Positions 19,597 through 28,264 of a DNA stretch of 64,000 nucleotides are shown piece after piece. The stretch's first letter is position 1. Every line of letters begins with the position of its first letter. Below the pieces are notes generated by a model that ran no database searches, was not told the origin of the DNA, and worked only from the letters and a program-made list of their open reading frames with translations. Made by a program: the position numbers and the translations under genes. This stretch comes from Acidobacteriota bacterium. Its GTDB lineage: Bacteria > Acidobacteriota > UBA890 > WLXD01. Location of the stretch: the NCBI GenBank assembly GCA_965205505.1, contig CBDBHB010000007.1, positions 640,001-704,000 on the forward strand, read 5' to 3'.

Positions 19597-22002
19597 CTAC
19601 CCGTCGCGCAGCGCCGCGACCGGGTCGATGCGAGTGGCTCGCCGGGCGGGTATCCAGGCCGCCAGAGCGCCGATCAGCACCGCCGCCATCAGCACGACGC
19701 TGTAGGTGAGCGGGTCGGTCGGCTGCACATCGAACAGGAGCCGGCCGAGGAACCGCGTCGCGCCCAAGGCACCGAACACACCGAGGACCGCTCCTGCCAA
19801 GACGATGCCGAGCGCCTGGCGTACGATCAGCGCCACCGTCGCCGCGGCGTCGGCGCCCAGCGCCATGCGCACCCCGATCTCCGCCGTGCGCTGCGACACC
19901 GCGTAGGCGACGATCCCATAGGTGCCGATCGCCGCGAGGATAGCTGCGCAGAGCGCCAAGCTGCCTATCAATGCGGTATTGAAGCGCGGCTGGGCGACGG
20001 ACTCCCAGAGCAGATCGGAGATCGCGACCACTTGGGACGGCGCTAGCTGAGGATCTATGTCGGCGAGCACGTCGCCCACGGCGCTAGCGACAGCGGCAGT
20101 GCTGAGGTCGGATTGCACCACGATGTGCATCTCGTACGTCGCAATACGACCGTATGGCAGGAAGAGCTCCGACTCGTACTTGGATTGCAGGCCCGCGTGG
20201 CGAATGTCGGCGACCACACCCGCCACCTCGACCTCGCCCAGCGACGCCACGCGCACCGATCGTCCGATCGGGTCGACATTCTGAAAATAGCGTTCGACGA
20301 CAGTCTCGTTGACGATCGCGACGAAGCGATCGCTGGTCAGATCGAGCTTGTCGAAGGCACGGCCACGAACGATCTCCATACCCATCGCTTCGAAGTAACC
20401 GGGTAACACGAGGCGGAAGTCGGCATTGGGGCGGGCGGTTGGCGAGAGTGCGTCGAGGCCAACGACTGTGAACTCCATCTCGAAACCCAACCCGACGTCG
20501 CTCATCGGTAGATCCGAGGCCGCCCCCGCAACCTTGACCCCGGGCAACTGTTCCACGCGCTCGACCAACTGCTCGAAGAACGGGCGCCATTCCGTGCGGT
20601 CGTAGCGTAGGGTCGGCAACTTGACCGCGACCGAGACCACCCCCTCCTTTCGGAAGCCAGGATCCACCTCGCTCATGCGCGTGAAGCTGCGCAACATCAG
20701 CCCGGCGCCCACCACCAACACAATCGCCAAAGCGATCTCGACGACCACCATGAGCTCGGGCAGCCGGCGCCCGCCACTCGAGCCGGCAGACGCTCCGGTT
20801 GGCTTGAGTAACTCGCTCAAGTCGGGCGTCATGCTCCGCACCGCCGGCAGTGACCCGAACAGCACCGTCGCACCAACCGACAGGCCCGCAGCAAACAGCA
20901 GCACGGTGCCGTCGACGCCGATGGATTCCCCGCGGGGAATGCCGCTCGGCAACACGGCGCGTAGCAACCCCATACCCCACGAGGCCAACAGCACACCGGC
21001 CGTCCCGCCTAGCAGACCCAGGATCAGGGTCTCGGCCAGCGAGCGCTTACACAGGTCGCTCCTCCGGGCCCCGAGGGCAGCGCGCACGGCGAACTCCCGC
21101 CCCGCGGCCGTCGAGCGGGCGATCAGAACATTGGCGATGTTGGCGCACGCGGTGAGCAATACCAGCATCACAGCACCGAAGAGCACCCACAGCGTTGTCG
21201 TGAGATCGCCGAACAGCTCGTCGCGCAGCGGTCGGACCGTCAGCCCCCAGCCGTCGTTGGTGTCCGGGAACTCACCAGCCAGTTGGTCCGCAATCGCATC
21301 GAGCTCGGCCCGCGCAGCATCCATCGCAACACCGTCGCCAAGACGGGCAATCGAGTCGAACATGCGGTGATCGCGGTCGAGCAAGATCGCGTCACCGATG
21401 CCCATCGGGAAGTACATCTCGACCTCGTCGTTCCCGGGAGGGAACTGGAAGCCCGGTTCGGTAACCGCGACGACCGTGCGCGGCTCGCTGTCGACCTCGA
21501 TGGTGGAGCCGACGATCAAGGGGTCCGCTCCGAAGCGTCGTGTCCACGACGCGTGCGTGATGATCACCTTCTTGCCGCCGCCCGGAACTTCGTCCTGATC
21601 AGTGAAGAACTGACCCGCAGCCGGCCTTGCTTGCAGAACGCGAAACAGCCGGGGCGTCACGGTAAAACTGCCTACCCGAACCGGTCGCTCGAGGCCGGTC
21701 AGAGTGGAACCGATGGAGCGGTATAAGGCGACCTGCCCGTCGAAGGACTCGGCGCTATCGCGCAGGTCGCGGTAGTCGGCCGGCGATAGGCGGAAGATGT
21801 CGGATCCTCCAGATCCGGTGGTTGCCCACACGACCACGAGCCGGCTATCGTCGCCGTAACCGAGCGGACGCAGCAGCACGCCGTCGACGACGCTGAAAAT
21901 CGCGGTGTTGGCACCGATGGCGATCGCCAGCGTCGCGATCACCACCAGGGTAGGTCCGGGGGTGGAGAGCAGCGACCGCAACGCCGCCTTGAAGTTGTCC
22001 AT
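19597..22002 (-). CDS. Duplicated MacB/FtsX-type ABC permease (ADOP-like), intact
   Basis: LAIAIGANTAIFSVVDGVLLRPL, ACANIANVL..R..EFAVRAALGA, EIGVRMALGA, PARRATRIDPVAALR. Confidence 0.92.
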   Translation of the reverse strand: MDNFKAALRSLLSTPGPTLVVIATLAIAIGANTAIFSVVDGVLLRPLGYGDDSRLVVVWATTGSGGSDIFRLSPADYRDLRDSAESFDGQVALYRSIGSTLTGLERPVRVGSFTVTPRLFRVLQARPAAGQFFTDQDEVPGGGKKVIITHASWTRRFGADPLIVGSTIEVDSEPRTVVAVTEPGFQFPPGNDEVEMYFPMGIGDAILLDRDHRMFDSIARLGDGVAMDAARAELDAIADQLAGEFPDTNDGWGLTVRPLRDELFGDLTTTLWVLFGAVMLVLLTACANIANVLIARSTAAGREFAVRAALGARRSDLCKRSLAETLILGLLGGTAGVLLASWGMGLLRAVLPSGIPRGESIGVDGTVLLFAAGLSVGATVLFGSLPAVRSMTPDLSELLKPTGASAGSSGGRRLPELMVVVEIALAIVLVVGAGLMLRSFTRMSEVDPGFRKEGVVSVAVKLPTLRYDRTEWRPFFEQLVERVEQLPGVKVAGAASDLPMSDVGLGFEMEFTVVGLDALSPTARPNADFRLVLPGYFEAMGMEIVRGRAFDKLDLTSDRFVAIVNETVVERYFQNVDPIGRSVRVASLGEVEVAGVVADIRHAGLQSKYESELFLPYGRIATYEMHIVVQSDLSTAAVASAVGDVLADIDPQLAPSQVVAISDLLWESVAQPRFNTALIGSLALCAAILAAIGTYGIVAYAVSQRTAEIGVRMALGADAAATVALIVRQALGIVLAGAVLGVFGALGATRFLGRLLFDVQPTDPLTYSVVLMAAVLIGALAAWIPARRATRIDPVAALRDG

Positions 22003-22026
22003 GGAGCGTCGTCCTGTGGCGAGGAA

Positions 22027-22401
22027 TCAGTCGGGGACATCCTGTTCGCGGCGCTCGGCCAGCCAGCTGTGGAAGCGCTCGCGCTGGTCCGGCCGTAGCA
22101 GGTCGGCGATCTCTGCGTGCACCTCCCGCATAGCGCTTTGAACCTCAGGGCGAAGTTGCTCCCACAGGTGCTCCACGAGCTGCTGGCGCTCCGACATGAT
22201 GGCGTGGATCTGTTCGACCTGGCGATCGTCGAGGTCCAGCGCTTCCCGCATGTCGACCATGGCCGCCGCATGCAAATCCGCCGGTGACATCGATGCGTGC
22301 AGGGAGAGAGCGTGGTGCCGCTCGAAGAACATCCCGGCAAGAACACCGGCCGCGAACACGAACAGCAGCACCAAGCCGGCGCGAAACCGCGGCCCGATCA
22401 C
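22027..22401 (-). CDS. Spy/CpxP-like (LTXXQ-type) exported helical protein
   Basis: N-terminal TM; LDLDDRQVEQI and LLRPDQRERF motifs. Confidence 0.75.
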   Translation of the reverse strand: MIGPRFRAGLVLLFVFAAGVLAGMFFERHHALSLHASMSPADLHAAAMVDMREALDLDDRQVEQIHAIMSERQQLVEHLWEQLRPEVQSAMREVHAEIADLLRPDQRERFHSWLAERREQDVPD

Positions 22402-22751
22402 TGCCGCGCCTCGATGTCGAGCACGGGCGGAAACTGCACCATCAGCACGTCGACGCTGGGCGGCGCCGGACCGCCGACTAGCGTCCCAGCGACCTCGCTG
22501 GGCTCAAGCAAGCGCTCGATCGGACGGAAGGCCGCGGCGGCATCTGGCGGCAGCACAAGCCACAGAACGAGCATGGCGGCCGCCGACACCGCCACCAGCC
22601 ACGGCGCACGCCGCGCCAACACGCCGTACCACGCGTCGTGGGCTGCGGCGTGCGCGGCGAGCGGGCCAACCGCGTCCTGGCGAATCCTTTGCGCCAGCTG
22701 CTCCCAGTACTCGGGTTCTTGCGGCAGCTGCGACCTCGGGAGCTCAGCCAT
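22398..22751 (-). CDS. Single-pass membrane protein, putative anti-sigma factor
   Basis: ATG 22751 overlaps the sigma stop; EYWEQLAQRI followed by one TM helix. Confidence 0.65.
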   Translation of the reverse strand: MAELPRSQLPQEPEYWEQLAQRIRQDAVGPLAAHAAAHDAWYGVLARRAPWLVAVSAAAMLVLWLVLPPDAAAAFRPIERLLEPSEVAGTLVGGPAPPSVDVLMVQFPPVLDIEARQ

Positions 22752-23305
22752 CACTGCAGGATACCCTGCCGCGGGCCGATGACGGGCCGCAGCTGCTTGC
22801 GTGCGCGGTGCACATGGGTGCGAACCGTGGCCTCGCCGACGCCGAGCATCCGGGCAGCCTCGACACTCGTATAGCCTTCGATGTCGCAGAGACGAACACA
22901 CGCCTGCTGCATCGGTGCGAGTGCCTCGATGGCCCGCTCGGCGTCGCCGACGACGACCGGATCGGCGATAGTCGGCGACGGCGGCTCGGTATCGAGCAAG
23001 GTGAGCGGAGCGAGAGCCGCGCGCCGGCCATCCTTGCTGATCGCGGTTCGCGCCACGTTTCGAACGATGGCGTAAAACCAGGCACTGAACGGGCGACGAT
23101 CATCGTAGCTGGCCAGCGAGCGCACGGCGCGATGAAACGCATCCTGGACGACGTCTTCGGCATCCTCGACGCGGCGCGCGTATTGCCAGGCGAGGGCCAT
23201 GGCGGGCCGCAGGTAACGCCGCGCAAGCGCATCGTAGGCAACCGCGTCACCACGCTTCGCTGCCCGCGCCAGCTCCTCGTCGGTACGTTCCGCCGCATCG
23301 CTCAT
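22751..23305 (-). CDS. ECF RNA polymerase sigma factor
   Basis: DAEDVVQDAF, FSAWFYAIVRN, EGYTSVEAARMLGVGEATVRTHVHRARKQLR. Confidence 0.92.
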   Translation of the reverse strand: MSDAAERTDEELARAAKRGDAVAYDALARRYLRPAMALAWQYARRVEDAEDVVQDAFHRAVRSLASYDDRRPFSAWFYAIVRNVARTAISKDGRRAALAPLTLLDTEPPSPTIADPVVVGDAERAIEALAPMQQACVRLCDIEGYTSVEAARMLGVGEATVRTHVHRARKQLRPVIGPRQGILQ

Positions 23306-23358
23306 GGCTCCCTCCCGGGAGCATATGCCAACAGCTCCCGGGACCCGGCCTCAGCTTG

Positions 23359-23727
23359 TCAGTGGCTGCCCTGCCCGTGATGCCTTTGGCCATGCCCTTC
23401 CTGCGACATGGAACCGCTGAACGCATCGTGGATCATCTGGGCGAGCTTCTGCCGCTGCTCATGCGTGAGCTCCGCGGCGATCGTCTCGTGGAGTCGATGT
23501 AGCTCCTGCATCGCCGCGAAGGCTTGGTGGAAGGACGGCCCGATTGCCTCCTGTTGGTCGGCAGTCAAGTCGAGATGCTTGGCGACTACCTCGAAATGAG
23601 CCTGTGGGTCATCGGCCTCGCCGTGCTGGGCCTCGGCGATGAGGCTCCACGGCGGCATGAGCCCGACGGCGACCACCAGGACGGCGCATGACATCACGAC
23701 CATCAAAGCGCTGTGCAGTGTCTTCAT
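23359..23727 (-). CDS. Secreted Spy/CpxP-like protein with His-rich tail
   Basis: Signal peptide (AEA), LDLTADQQ and LTHEQRQKL motifs, tail GHGQRHHGQGSH. Confidence 0.7.
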   Translation of the reverse strand: MKTLHSALMVVMSCAVLVVAVGLMPPWSLIAEAQHGEADDPQAHFEVVAKHLDLTADQQEAIGPSFHQAFAAMQELHRLHETIAAELTHEQRQKLAQMIHDAFSGSMSQEGHGQRHHGQGSH

Positions 23728-23867
23728 GGATTCTCTCCGGTGTGCGTGTACATGGGAATGACCTCAGGACACTCCTCTCCACCCTGTACTCGCGAGACCG
23801 GAGATCCGTTGACACTGGACTCGACGGCCTCCGAATATGCGCGGCCGCTAGCAGGCCGATCTCGGCC

Positions 23868-24473
23868 TCAGGTCGAAGCTCCGTCTCCCAACAGCGCCGT
23901 TCGAAACCGGTCCTTCATCCACACGCCATCGCGCGGCGGCAGGACTAGGGGTAGCTCTTCCGCCCGCATCTTGATGGCATAGAAGACCGGCCCAACCGCA
24001 CCGCGCAGATCGCTTTGTGCCCGCTTCAGCCCTTCGGCATCGTGCGCCGTGCCGGTCACCGGTATGCCGGCAGCCGCGGCAATCGCGGCGAGGTCAGTCT
24101 TGCCCGCAGTGTGGGTAGGCTGCATACCCGTCTCACCATAGCGCTCGTTGTCGAGCACGGCGATCGCCAGATTGCCGGGCGCCAAGGCGGCGACGGTAGC
24201 TAGCGACCCCATGCCCATCAGCATCTCGCCATCGCGGGTCAGCACCAGCACACGCCGCTCGGGCCGGGCGATAGCAAGGCCAAGACCCATCGATGACGCG
24301 CCGCCCATCGCCCCCCACAACGGGAAGGTCAATGGCGAATCCCCGGCCGCGGTGGCATCCCACGCCGGGGCGCCCAAACCGGCAATGACCAGGAGATCGC
24401 CGCGGTCGAACAGCAGGCTCGAAACCACCTCGCGGCGGCGCAGCGGGTAGGTCGAGGCACGCGCGGCATCCAC
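23868..24473 (-). CDS. comE: Sulfopyruvate/phosphonopyruvate decarboxylase beta subunit-like (TPP binding)
   Basis: WGAMGGA..GLGLA, TRDGEMLM..GSL..LDNERYGETGMQ. The usual GDG motif reads RDG. Confidence 0.7.
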   Translation of the reverse strand: MDAARASTYPLRRREVVSSLLFDRGDLLVIAGLGAPAWDATAAGDSPLTFPLWGAMGGASSMGLGLAIARPERRVLVLTRDGEMLMGMGSLATVAALAPGNLAIAVLDNERYGETGMQPTHTAGKTDLAAIAAAAGIPVTGTAHDAEGLKRAQSDLRGAVGPVFYAIKMRAEELPLVLPPRDGVWMKDRFRTALLGDGAST

Positions 24474-24479
24474 GGCCTG

Positions 24480-24998
24480 CTACCCCTCGAATGCCTTGGC
24501 GCCGATCAGGCGCTGCGACAGCAGGACGGCAGCACCGCCAGCTCCGTTGAATGCCATGTCGCCGGCGGCCTTCACGGTAGCTCCCACCTCCCCGGCCCGG
24601 TCGGCATCCATCACCGCCACGCCCATCAAACGTAGCGATTCTGTGGCCGCCTGGCCCATCGCAATCTGCCACGGATTAGTCTCGCCCCACTGGCCGCGCA
24701 TGGCAAGAATGATCAATGCGGGGAAGCGGCAACTCTTCACCAGCGTCAACATGTTGATGCAGTTGCCGATACCGCTGCTCTGCATCAACAGCGCACCGCG
24801 CTGACCGCCCAGCCAGGCGCCGGCGAGCAGCGCAACACCCTCCTCCTCCGTGGTCAACGGCACCGTAACGATGCGGCTGTCGTCCCGGCACATTTCGATC
24901 AATCGTGTGTGCCCGGCATCGGGGACGAAAGCGACCTGCCGGACATCGAGATCCAGCAACGCTTGGAAAATATCGCGCGGCCAATCGACCCCGGTCAT
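24480..24998 (-). CDS. comD: Sulfopyruvate/phosphonopyruvate decarboxylase alpha subunit-like
   Basis: VAFVPD, TTEEEGVALLAGAWLGG, MQSSGIGNCIN, MRGQWGETNPWQ. Confidence 0.75.
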   Translation of the reverse strand: MTGVDWPRDIFQALLDLDVRQVAFVPDAGHTRLIEMCRDDSRIVTVPLTTEEEGVALLAGAWLGGQRGALLMQSSGIGNCINMLTLVKSCRFPALIILAMRGQWGETNPWQIAMGQAATESLRLMGVAVMDADRAGEVGATVKAAGDMAFNGAGGAAVLLSQRLIGAKAFEG

Positions 24999-25068
24999 CG
25001 CTTGTTCCCTCGGTTGCGTGCAAGGAGCGGCCTTCGACAGTGCCGTTCACTTATCACGAAACGGAAGG

Positions 25069-25467
25069 CTAGAAAATGTCCGTATCGATGTTGAACGCCG
25101 CCCAGGCGAACCAGAACGCCGTGTGGGCGTTGGTGATCCGCGGCAATCGGTCGCCCACCAGTTGGCCCACTAGTGATCCTTGCACAGGCTCCCCGAAGAG
25201 ATTCCAGCGCGTGCCGGTGTTCACGTCCTCAAGCTGGAACGGAAACACGTCGGGGTCGACCACGTCGAAGCTCAGCGTCCGGGTGCGGAGCTTACCGTTC
25301 TTCTTCCGTACTTGTACCCGGCGATCGAACGACAACACCATCTCGCCATCCGCATCGAACACGACGAGCACTGGTCGACCGTTGACCTCGTCGTTCACCG
25401 CCACGCGTCTGCCTCGCGAGGCGAGCGCGTTGTACGGGTAGGCCTTGGCCTTCCCCTCGTGCTCCAC
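25069..25467 (-). pseudogene. C-terminal fragment of a DUF3179-like protein
   Basis: KAKAYPY..AVNDEVNG..LEDVNTGTRWNLFG..FWFAWAAF..TDIF. No N-terminal half and no credible start. Confidence 0.65.
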
Positions 25468-25545
25468 GTTGCAGAATCGATGCCACATCAAGAACCTGAC
25501 CCCGAGCACCACGGCCTGAAGCCAAGTCGATATCGCAGGCGGCCG

Positions 25546-26385
25546 ATGAGCGCCACGATAATGATCGCTGCGGCAATCTTGCTGCTGTTGCCGCGTCTAC
25601 AGAACGACACCCAGGCCGGCGGGTGGACACTGTCGCGCGGGACAACTTGGCTGCGCACCGGCTTCATGGTGCAGATTACCGACGACCGCTACTTCATCGA
25701 CGGGCGCCGCATTCCCTATTTCTTCGAAGGCCACAACCAAACTCCGGCGGCCTTTGTCGATCTCCGGCACGGCATCTCGGATCGGCTAGAAGCCGTCGTT
25801 CAGCTGCCGTTCTTCAGCATCTCGTTCGACGATCTCGCCGCCGAGCGCAACACCACTGGCATCGGCGATCTGCGTCTGGGGCTACGTTACAACCTCCTAC
25901 CGGGCCCGATCGTGGCCACCGTGGGTGCGATGGTCAAGTTGCCGACCGGAGAGTTCGTCAACGACGCCGAGATCGTGCCGGTGGGCGAGGGCCAGTACGA
26001 TTTCGAGATCACCGCAGAGGTGGCTCGTTCCCTCTGGCCGCGTCCCGGCTACGTGACCGCCCTGATCGGCTACCGGTGGCGAGCAGCAAACAAAGAGACT
26101 GGCATCCACCACGGCAACGAGGTGCTCTGGAGCTTCGAGGCAGGCTACGGCGTGGCCCCACACGTCACTCTCAAGGCCTTGGTCCGGGGGCTGCAAGGTC
26201 TCGAGACGACGAGCTTCGGCCTGCCGTTGCCGTCGCTCGAGCGACGCATCGTGTACCTGGAGCCCGGCGTGATGGTGGAGCTATCGCCCCGCCGCACCCT
26301 GGAGCTGTCGGTACCCATGAGCCTGAGCGGGCAGAATTGGCCGGCCGGGCCGGTCTTCAATATCGGGGTTTTCCAGACCTTCTAG
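25546..26385 (+). CDS. Outer-membrane beta-barrel (transporter/MetA-phenol-degradation-like)
   Basis: Signal peptide, TGIGDLRLGLRY, VKLPTG, PVGEGQYD, C-terminal Phe. Confidence 0.75.
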   Translation: MSATIMIAAAILLLLPRLQNDTQAGGWTLSRGTTWLRTGFMVQITDDRYFIDGRRIPYFFEGHNQTPAAFVDLRHGISDRLEAVVQLPFFSISFDDLAAERNTTGIGDLRLGLRYNLLPGPIVATVGAMVKLPTGEFVNDAEIVPVGEGQYDFEITAEVARSLWPRPGYVTALIGYRWRAANKETGIHHGNEVLWSFEAGYGVAPHVTLKALVRGLQGLETTSFGLPLPSLERRIVYLEPGVMVELSPRRTLELSVPMSLSGQNWPAGPVFNIGVFQTF

Positions 26386-27446
26386 TGCCTGCTAGCTGTG
26401 TATTCCGAGGCCGGCGTGGAAGTGACGCGGGCTAACAGCCAGTCGGGTATGGGCAGGTCGTTCTCGCGCAGGAAGACGGGGTTGAAGAGCTTGCTCTGGT
26501 ATCGCTGGCCACCGTCGCCGAGGATCGTCACGATCGTATGACCGGGGCCGAGCTTGTCGGCCAGACGCATGGCTCCGGTCACGTTGATCGCACTTGATCC
26601 GCCCAGGCACAACCCGTCGTTCTTCAACAAGTCGAAGAGCACCGGCAATGCTTCGGCATCGGTGATCCTGATCGGCACGTCGATGCGTACCTCTCCGACA
26701 TTTCCGGTAATGCGACTCTGTCCTATGCCCTCGGCGATCGAGCTGCCCTCGCTCTCGAGCTTGCCGTCGGTGAAGTACCTATACATCGCCGCGCCCATGG
26801 GATCGGCAAGCCCAATGGTCAGGTCAGGGTTCATCTCCTTGAGGTACTTGCTCACCCCACCCATCGTCCCGCCGGTTCCGATCGCGCAGATGAAGGCGTC
26901 GAGCTTACCGTCGGTCTGGTCCCAAATCTCCGGGCCCGTCGTGCTGTAGTGCGCCCCCCAGTTGGCGGGGTTGTCCCACTGGTTCGCCCAGAGCACGCCG
27001 TCGGCCTCGGTCTCGGCCTTCTCGGCCGCAACGCGCTCCGACACCCGTACGTAGTTGCCGGGCTCCTTGTAAGGCGCCGCCGGCACCTCCATGACTTCGG
27101 CGCCGCACAGCCGGAGCATGTCCTTCTTCTCCTGGCTCTGGTTGTCAGGCATGACGATGAGGGTCCGATACCCGCGGGCGTTGGCGACCAGTGCCAACCC
27201 GATGCCGGTGTTCCCAGCGGTTCCCTCGACGATCAAACCGCCGGGCCGCAATGTACCGTCTCGCTCGGCCTGCTGGACCATCGATAGCCCGGCGCGGTCC
27301 TTGACCGAGCCGCCGGGGTTCAGGAACTCTGCCTTACCGAGAATCTCACAGCCGGTCGCCTGCGAGGGGCCCGGCAAGCGAATCAAAGGTGTGTTGCCAA
27401 CTGAGCCCACGAACCCATTGCGGACCGGGGTGTGGCTTGTGCTCAT
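26382..27446 (-). CDS. cysK: Cysteine synthase
   Basis: VGNTPLI, KAEFLNPGGSVKDR (PLP lysine), EGTAGNTG, GTGGT. Confidence 0.9.
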   Translation of the reverse strand: MSTSHTPVRNGFVGSVGNTPLIRLPGPSQATGCEILGKAEFLNPGGSVKDRAGLSMVQQAERDGTLRPGGLIVEGTAGNTGIGLALVANARGYRTLIVMPDNQSQEKKDMLRLCGAEVMEVPAAPYKEPGNYVRVSERVAAEKAETEADGVLWANQWDNPANWGAHYSTTGPEIWDQTDGKLDAFICAIGTGGTMGGVSKYLKEMNPDLTIGLADPMGAAMYRYFTDGKLESEGSSIAEGIGQSRITGNVGEVRIDVPIRITDAEALPVLFDLLKNDGLCLGGSSAINVTGAMRLADKLGPGHTIVTILGDGGQRYQSKLFNPVFLRENDLPIPDWLLARVTSTPASEYTASRH

Positions 27447-28096
27447 CTCTGCTCCAGTTCGTCGAGCCGCTTGCGCAGCGTACTCACCTCGCCGGTGAGC
27501 GCATCGAGCACTCTGGCGACGGGATCGGGAACGTCTGCGCCCGGCATTCCATAGGCGCGGAAGGCTGGCTCCTGGACCCGGCTCTGCATCGCTCGGGCGG
27601 GCACGCCCGCTACAGTCACCCCTGGAGGGACCTCCTTCAGTACCACCGCGTTGGCCGCAATCCGCGCCCCCGCGCCCACCGTGAAGGGCCCCAACACCTT
27701 GGCGCCGGCGCCGACGATGACGCCGTCCTCCAGCGTCGGGTGGCGTTTCTCGGGCGCCAGCGTGACACCCCCGAGCGTAACGCCCTGATACAGGGTCACG
27801 TCATCGCCGATGATGGTGGTCTCGCCGATCACGCATCCGACGCCGTGATCAATGAACAGGCGGCGGCCAAGCTGAGCACCGGGGTGGATCTCGATGCTGG
27901 TGAGGAAGCGGCCCAGATGCGACACCAGCCGCCCGAGGAAGCAGAGACCCTTGCGGTCGAACAGATTGGCGAGCCGGTGGATCAAGACAGCGTGGAAGCC
28001 CGGGTAGGCGAACAGCACCGTGAGACGCGAGCAGGCGGCCGGATCGCGCACCATGATGGAATCGATATCGTCTCGAATGGCACGAAACAACTTCAC
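27443..28096 (-). CDS. cysE: Serine O-acetyltransferase
   Basis: RDPA, YPGFHA, IEIHPGA, FIDHG, YQGVTLGG, KRHPTL; GTG 28096. Confidence 0.93.
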   Translation of the reverse strand: MKLFRAIRDDIDSIMVRDPAACSRLTVLFAYPGFHAVLIHRLANLFDRKGLCFLGRLVSHLGRFLTSIEIHPGAQLGRRLFIDHGVGCVIGETTIIGDDVTLYQGVTLGGVTLAPEKRHPTLEDGVIVGAGAKVLGPFTVGAGARIAANAVVLKEVPPGVTVAGVPARAMQSRVQEPAFRAYGMPGADVPDPVARVLDALTGEVSTLRKRLDELEQR

Positions 28097-28264
28097 TCCG
28101 GATCTCCCAGTCGGTCGCCGATCGCCATCGAACGGGTCGGTTCGGGATCCGCCGCGGCGGCGGCTCGAGATCATTGTAGGCTGCGGCGGCGGCGCTATGT
28201 CGGCCGGTGCGCACCGCGCGCACGCGTGCGCCGCGTAGCGGCGACGTCTTGCTGATCCTTCGAC

